A stretch of 5,128 nt of DNA from Octopus sinensis (Eukaryota): contig NW_021830179.1 in NCBI RefSeq assembly GCF_006345805.1, positions 1-5,128 on the forward strand, in the 5' to 3' direction. The notes below the pieces were generated by a model. It ran no database searches. It was not told the DNA's origin and saw only the letters and a program-made list of their open reading frames with translations. The translations under genes were made by a program, and so were the position numbers. This document shows, one piece after another, positions 1 to 5,128 of this stretch; position 1 is the first letter of the stretch, and every line of letters starts with the position of its first letter.

Positions 1-44
1 GCACAGAAAGAATATAGTTTAAGATTTTTATCTCTATCTTATTG

Positions 45-260
45 ACTCCCGTGGCTAATTGGCAGAATCATTAGTACTATGGACAAAAATTGTTTCGTCG
101 TCTGTCTTTGCGTTCTGAGATCAAATTCCGCCACAGCGGACTTTGCTGTTCATCATTTTGAAGTCAGTAAAATAAGTACCAGTTGTCATTCGGGTCAATG
201 AATTGACTAACTCTTTTCTCAAATTTGAGGCCCTGTGTTTATAGTAGAAAAGATTTTATT
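45..260 (+). mobile_element. tRNA-derived SINE, family 1 (Octopus-type), near full-length diverged copy
   Basis: A-box-like TGGCTAATTGG at 52-62 and B-box-like GAGATCAAATTCC at 117-129. The body CTTTGCTGTTCATCATTTTGAAGTCAGTAAAATAAGTACCAGTTG...GGGTCAATGAATTGACT and 3' end GGCCCTGTGTTTATAGTAGAAAAGATTTTATT resemble a high-copy Octopus SINE I recall; not database-verified. Boundaries approximate. Confidence 0.75.
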
Positions 261-323
261 GACTATCACAGTCTGCAGGGTGTTTTCGCATTATATGTGT
301 AATCTTCTTTCTTTTTCCCTTCA

Positions 324-405
324 TCTTTTGCTTGTTTCAGTCATTTGACTACGGCCACGCTGGAGCGCTGCCTTGAAGAATTTTAGTCGAACAAATCGAC
401 TCCTG
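324..405 (-). mobile_element. SINE family 2, 3'-terminal fragment
   Basis: CTTGTTTCAGTCATTTGACTACGGCCACGCTGGAGCGCTGCCTT...AAATCGAC aligns directly with 3780-3841 and with the reverse complement of ~3190-3265 in this window. Confidence 0.88.
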
Positions 406-500
406 TATGCTTTTCTTTTCCGTAATATTCTTTAAAAGTTATCTAGATGCAATTCTCTTTTCAGGTGCCATCTAAATTATAAATTTATATTTCGAGTGAA

Positions 501-720
501 TCACTCATCATCGGAGTCGCTACTGCTCTCATCTGCCGTTGTCTGTGCTGCTGCAGCCCCTGCTGGAGCAGCTATTTGTGCGACTGTTTTGTCGCCAACA
601 ATCCGTTAACTATTTCTCTTCTAATGACAGGTGGTTCGCCCAAAATCATCAATGTTCTCTTCGCATTTTAAGAAGTTCTCTGCAGTATTTTTTATATATA
701 TCTTAATGCTTCAAGAGAAC
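501..720 (-). pseudogene. Possible decayed coding remnant of unknown identity
   Basis: One minus frame reads ...KNTAENFLKCEENIDDFGRTTCH*KRNS*RIVGDKTVAQIAAPAGAAAAQTTADESSSDSDDE* (final stop at 503-501), an Ala-rich linker plus acidic tail, with GC higher than the flanks. It has two in-frame stops, no start and no strong splice acceptor. Confidence 0.25.
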
Positions 721-838
721 TTCAACGCCCATAGTTATATGTACATGGTTTGATTAGATGTATATTTTGAGGTTCAGTAATCACACATGCAGACATATAT
801 AAATACCTACGTACGTACATAATTATATATGTGTGTCA

Positions 839-905
839 AGGCGCATGGCTCAATGGTTAGAGCGTCGAGCTTACGATCGTGAGGTTCTGAGTAAAAGAGT
901 AAAGG
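839..905 (+). mobile_element. Truncated tRNA-like SINE head joined to a GTAAAAGAG tail motif
   Basis: Perfect A-box TGGCTCAATGG (846-856), D-arm GCTC-AATGGTTA-GAGC (848-863) and anticodon-loop-like CTTACGA (870-876). The sequence breaks off before the B-box/T-arm and runs into GTAAAAGAGTAAAG (891-904). Confidence 0.7.
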
Positions 906-910
906 ACTAT

Positions 911-1101
<191 letters not shown>

Positions 1102-1152
1102 TACATGGTTAGTGTTCGAATGCCTGAGTGTTTCTGTCTGAATCTGGGGTTT

Positions 1153-1214
1153 TATATATATATATATATATATTTCTGAGCACATACGTATATGCATACA
1201 TATACGCACACACT

Positions 1215-1256
<42 letters not shown>

Positions 1257-1561
1257 CAGATATGTATATATATACAGGCAGATATGCGTATGTGTATTAG
1301 TATATTCAGGCAAACTTGTGTCCGTGTATTATATGTGTGGTGTGTGTGTCTGTGTCTGTGTCTGTCTATATGTATGTATGTGTGTGTGCATATATGTATA
1401 AATATATACATATATATATATATACATATATATACATATATGTATATATACATATTATATGTATATATATATATGCATATATATATATATGCATAGATAT
1501 ATATATGTATAGATATATGTATATATATGTGTATATATCTATATATGTTATATATATATAT

Positions 1562-1609
<48 letters not shown>

Positions 1610-1750
1610 TATATATATATGTATAGATATATGTATATATACGTGTTATATATATATATGCCTATGTCTGTGCTTGTGCATACTTACATGTATTTCCTGG
1701 TTGTGCATGTGTATATATACACATACGTATATGCATGCATGTATGTATGT
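1153..1750. repeat. Compound TA/TG/TATG dinucleotide-type low-complexity tract
   Basis: (TA)10 at 1153-1172, a long TA run at ~1220-1253, TG/TGTCTG/TATG at ~1334-1390 and interrupted TA at ~1390-1660. Confidence 0.95.
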
Positions 1751-1907
1751 CAATGCGTATAAAATCAATAAGGCAGTGAAAATCCATTGCCATATCTTTG
1801 TAATCAATAATTTGTCTATGACAATGAGTTATTGATTTAGTCAGTAGCTAATTATCTGTGTTAATTACGTTCTCTTTAATGAGGTGCCGCTGCACTCAAT
1901 TTTATAA

Positions 1908-1909
<2 letters not shown>

Positions 1910-1954
<45 letters not shown>
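1910..1954. repeat. Perfect (CTG)15 trinucleotide microsatellite
   Basis: 15 uninterrupted CTG units counted from 1910 to 1954. Confidence 0.98.
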
Positions 1955-1955
<1 letters not shown>

Positions 1956-2089
1956 GCTGAAGCTCTCGGCTGCGGTTGCTTCTATCAAAGCATTTTCTGC
2001 TCTGACTTGCTGTGGTTTCTACGGTTGCTCCCCCTATCGGAGCAGCTACTACTGCGGCTGCCGCTTCTTCTGTTCCTGTGAATGCTGTT

Positions 2090-2116
2090 CTTGTTGTTGT
2101 GGTGGTGGTGGTCGTG

Positions 2117-2151
<35 letters not shown>

Positions 2152-2698
2152 GGCAGCGGTGCTGGTGATGGAGGTTGTGGTGGTGATGATGATGGTGGTG
2201 GTGATGGTGATGATGGTGATGGTGATGATGATAGCTGTAATAATGGTGGCAGTGGTGTTGTTGGTGATGGTGTTGGTAATGGTGGTGATGATGACGGTGG
2301 TGGTGGTGATGGTGGTTGTAACGTTAGTAATAATGATGATAATGTTGTTGGTAGTGGTAGTGGCGGTGATAGTGGTAGTGGTGGTTGTGGTGGTGGTTGT
2401 GGTGGTGGTGGTGGTAGTGGTGGTTGTGGTGGTGGTTGTGGTGGTGGTGGTGAGTGGTGGTTGTGTGGTAGTTGTGGTTGGTGGTGTTTTGGTGGTGGTG
2501 GTGGTAGTTGTGTTGTGGTGGTGGTTGTGGTGGTGGTGGTGGTGGTGTAGTGGGCGGTGATAGTGGTAGGGTGGTTGTGGTGGTGGTTGTGGTGTGGTGG
2601 TAGTGGTGGTGGTGGTGGTATGTGGTGGTTGTGTGGTGGTTGTGGTGGTGGTGGTGGTATTGGTGTTGTGGTGGTAGTTTGTGGTGTGGTGGTGGTGA
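2090..2698. repeat. Degenerate (GGT)n-based trinucleotide block 1 (GGT/CGT/GAT/AGT/TGT)
   Basis: G/T-rich on the + strand, including a (CGT)n run at ~2119-2150 and an exact 39-nt tandem duplication at 2374-2451. Confidence 0.95.
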
Positions 2699-2740
2699 CA
2701 AACAAAAGACAGTTTCCAAATGTAAAAGAGAGTAAAAGCG

Positions 2741-2742
<2 letters not shown>

Positions 2743-2776
<34 letters not shown>

Positions 2777-3061
2777 GTATATATATATATGTGTGTGTGC
2801 ATGTGTGTGTGTGCATGTGTGTGTGTGCATGTGTGTGTGTGTGCATGCGTGTGTGTGTGCATGTGTGTGTGTGTGTGCATGCGTGTGTGTGCATGTGTGT
2901 GTACGTGTGTGTGTGTGCATGTGTGTGTATACGTGTGTGTGTGTGCATGTGTGTGTATACGTGTGTGTGTGTGCATGTGTGTGTACGTGTGTGTGTGCAT
3001 GTGTGTGTGTGTGAGTGTGTGTGTGTGTGTGTGTTTGTGCATGTGTGTGTGTGTGTGTGCG
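2743..3061. repeat. (AT)n followed by (GT)n punctuated by GCAT/GTAC units
   Basis: AT run at 2743-2790, then GCAT(GT)n-type higher-order units to ~3061. It directly precedes the family-2 SINE 3' half and may be that SINE's expanded internal microsatellite (inference). Confidence 0.96.
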
Positions 3062-3280
3062 CACGTTTGTGTCTGTTTGACCAGCCGCTCATCGCTTGAC
3101 AACTGATGTTGGTGTGATTACATCCCCGTAACTTAGCGCTTCGGTAAAAGACACCGATAGAATAAGTACTTGGCTTACAAAGAAATAAGTCCTGGGAGCG
3201 ATTGCTTCAACTAAAACCCATTAAGGTGGTGCTCCAGTATGGCTGCAGTCAAATGACTGAATCAAAGAAAAGAAAAAGAG
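3062..3280 (+). mobile_element. SINE family 2, 3' half
   Basis: 3141-3280 is the reverse complement of 3761-3896 (roughly 85% identity by eye, with a 7-nt indel) and also matches 324-405. It ends in an A/G-rich tail (AAAGAAAAGAAAAAGAG). Assignment of 3062-3140 rests on my recollection of the Octopus consensus. Confidence 0.85.
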
Positions 3281-3284
3281 CCCA

Positions 3285-3510
3285 TTATTCCTGCGAAATT
3301 TGTAGGGTAGAATCTTCTGGCATCTCGTCCGTAGGGTCCTGTCAGAAGCAACAATCATTACACTTTCCGGCTGGATTCCCAAAGTGACCCAGATTATGAA
3401 TAGCATCCAACCATCTTGTTTGCAGTCGACCTCCAGCTCTCCAGTCGTTTAGCTCGGCTTGAAGAATTCGTCTTGGAATTACTAACTTTAATGTGGTTTC
3501 CGTGCAATTT
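3285..3510 (-). mobile_element. Decayed non-LTR retrotransposon (RTE-like LINE) ORF2 C-terminal remnant
   Basis: The minus strand gives IARKPH* / IPRRILQAELNDWRAGGRLQTRWLDAIHN / VTLGIQPESVMIVASDRTLRTRC across two frameshifts. This matches the RTE-type post-RT pattern (HxxRM..R.PxxIL...R..GRP..RW.D.I..DL..LGI...W...A.DR..WR). Confidence 0.6.
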
Positions 3511-3760
3511 TTAATTACGGTCTTGAATGTTAGATAATGACTGAAAGAGCAGATTCCAAGTGGCTGAAAGGGGGTTCCTCTGAAAGATTTTTGAAGTAAC
3601 ATTACTCGACGGGATGCGCAGCTCGGAGAGTAAGCGACCTTTCAAGTCGGAGCCGGTCTGGATTCTCTAGCGTGAAACTGTTGATACTATCGACTACTTC
3701 CATTTTAACGACTTGTCGAGACACGGTATTTCGTTTTGCGACCACAATGTACTGCAAAGT

Positions 3761-3896
3761 CTCTCTTTTCTCTCTTTTACTTGTTTCAGTCATTTGACTG
3801 CGGCCATGCTGGAGCACCGCCTTTTATTCGAGCAAATCGACCCCAGGACTTATTCTTTGTAAGCCTAGTACATATTCTATCGGTCTCTTTTGTCGA
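3761..3896 (-). mobile_element. SINE family 2, 3' fragment (least CpG-decayed copy)
   Basis: Reverse complement of 3141-3280, with tail GTAAAAGAGAGAAAAGAGAG on the minus strand. It retains CpGs that are TpG/CpA in the + copy. Confidence 0.9.
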
Positions 3897-3965
3897 GGCT
3901 GATGTAATCGATTTATTCCTCCTGCAAAACCGATCACCTTTTACTAAGATTTGAAATTATTGTTT
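3897..3965 (+). mobile_element. Probable 3' fragment of SINE family 1
   Basis: GGCTGATGTAATCGATTTA...AAGATTTGAAATTATTG resembles 192-260 (GGGTCAATGAATTGACTAA...ATTTTATTG) weakly, and the recalled consensus GGGGTCGATGTAATCGACT better. Confidence 0.4.
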
Positions 3966-4107
3966 AATGCGTCTTTTCTTAAAGTCGGTACATTATGGTT
4001 TGAGAGCGATCTGGCTGTTATTTCTAGCTGGTCAAACCATCACGTAGAGGTACCCTTCTTTGGTTTCTTACTGTTGGCTCCAGAGCTGTCATGATTTGGC
4101 AAGCGGT

Positions 4108-4810
4108 CGGGTGGTTTTGGTTGAGATGGTTGGTGACGGTGGTGACGGTGGTGATGGTTGTGGTGGTGACGGTATCGATGATAGTGACGATGGTGGTGGT
4201 AGAAGTGGTGGTGGTGGCGGTGGTGGTGATTGTAATCGATGAAGTTATGGCGAGGGTGGTGGTTGTAGTAATGATGATGGTATTAGTGATGGTGATGATG
4301 GTGGCAATACTGGTGGCAATGGTGATGATGATGGTAGTAGTTGTAGGTGGTGGTGGTGGTGGTATTGTTGCTGTTGGAAAATTGTTGTTTGTGCTGGTTG
4401 ACATGGAAATGATTGTGGTGGGTGGTGGTGGTAGTGGCGGTAGTGGCGGCGACGGCAGCGGTGGTGGTAGTGGTAGTATTGTTGCTGTTGGAATTGTTGT
4501 TTGTGCTGGTGGACATGGAAATGATTGTGGTTGTGGGTGGTGGTGGTGGTGGGGGTAGTGGTGGTCGTGGTGGTTGTGGTCGTGGTGGTGGTGGTCGTGG
4601 TGATGGTCGTGGTGGTGGTAGTGGTGGTTGTGTTGGTGGTGGTCGTGGTAGTCGTGGTCGTGGTGGTGGTGATTGTGGTGGTCGTCGTGGTGGTGGTAGT
4701 GGTGGTTGTGTTGGTGGTGGTCGTGGTAGTCGTGGTCGTGGTGGTGGGTGTTGTGGTGGTCGTCGTGGTGGTGGTGTTGTGGTTTGTTGTTGGTGGTGGT
4801 GGTGGTGGTG
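4108..4810. repeat. Degenerate (GGT)n-based trinucleotide block 2 with internal duplications
   Basis: G/T-rich on the + strand. It contains a 58/56-nt dispersed duplication (4362-4419, 4476-4531) and a 78-nt tandem unit (4607-4684, 4685-4762, partial from 4763). Confidence 0.95.
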
Positions 4811-4834
4811 AAATTCTTAATGCTGATGATTGGT

Positions 4835-4838
<4 letters not shown>

Positions 4839-4878
<40 letters not shown>
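4839..4878. repeat. Perfect (TA)20 microsatellite
   Basis: 20 uninterrupted TA units at 4839-4878. Confidence 0.98.
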
Positions 4879-4881
<3 letters not shown>

Positions 4882-5128
4882 ATCGTTTCGGATTTTATTT
4901 TTATGATCTTTGTATCTTTTTTTATCTTTTATGTTATTCCTTTCCATATTTCTTTTTTAATTTTTTACCTTTTTTTTTTCGTTGCCAGATTATGGAAGCA
5001 AAAACCATTATTTGCAAGTGAGAGGTGTGAAACTCTCCATTCTTTATGTGTAAATGTTCCTAATTTGTGTCTTTATAGTTTCGGTTATCTCCAAACTTCT
5101 TTTGAAAGAAAAAAACAAAACAAATATA

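Noticed and set aside
839-891. Functional tRNA-Val(TAC) gene
   Set aside because: The anticodon stem pairs poorly, and the T-arm, B-box and 3' acceptor strand are absent.
1114-1124. B-box-like GTTCGAATGCC after the GATA tract, as a displaced partner of the A-box at 846
   Set aside because: Imperfect consensus match, ~260 nt from the A-box, with no tRNA-like context; a chance match is plausible.
1503-1641. 25-nt motif ATATGTATAGATATATGTATATATA repeated at 1503 and 1617 (114-nt offset, the same offset as the 4362/4476 duplication)
   Set aside because: Ordinary higher-order slippage in a TA tract; the equal 114-nt offsets in unrelated sequence are best treated as coincidence.
2012-3106. Long overlapping ORFs on both strands (poly-V/G/P/T/H, HTHT)
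   Set aside because: Several frames are open at once because GGT/ACC and GT/AC repeats contain no stops. On the minus strand no AG acceptor follows the pyrimidine-rich stretch at ~2700-2740.
3602-3954. Small ORFs 3602-3817 (-) and 3736-3954 (+), and the spacer 3510-3760
   Set aside because: The ORFs are largely SINE-derived, and I recognise no motif in the remaining spacer.
3995-4055. GAGAGCGATCTGGCTGTTATTTCTAGCTGGTC...CACGTAGAGGTACCC resembles another Octopus interspersed repeat I recall
   Set aside because: Single copy in the window and memory-only support; needs a repeat-library search before it can be called.
5020-5037. GAGAG-N8-CTCTC hairpin followed by T-rich sequence
   Set aside because: Only a 5-bp stem, expected by chance; the eukaryotic context makes an intrinsic terminator irrelevant.

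Overview
AT-rich, repeat-dense eukaryotic non-coding DNA, intronic or intergenic. The interspersed repeats match, from my memory and not from a database search, tRNA-derived SINE families abundant in Octopus (coleoid cephalopod) genomes. The window contains: (i) a near full-length tRNA-headed SINE (~45-260) and a probable 3' fragment of that family (~3897-3965); (ii) three 3' pieces of a second SINE family (324-405 -, 3062-3280 +, 3761-3896 -), the last two forming an inverted pair; (iii) a truncated tRNA-like head (839-905); (iv) a decayed, frameshifted RTE-like LINE ORF2 C-terminus on the minus strand (~3285-3510); (v) long simple repeats: GATA, TA/TG, (CTG)15 and two 600-700 bp degenerate GGT blocks. 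The long ORFs in the supplied track are simple-repeat translation artefacts. I can support no intact gene, CRISPR array or novel system. The best leads are the inverted SINE pair (possible dsRNA / A-to-I editing substrate), the LINE fossil and a short protein-like remnant at 501-720 (-).
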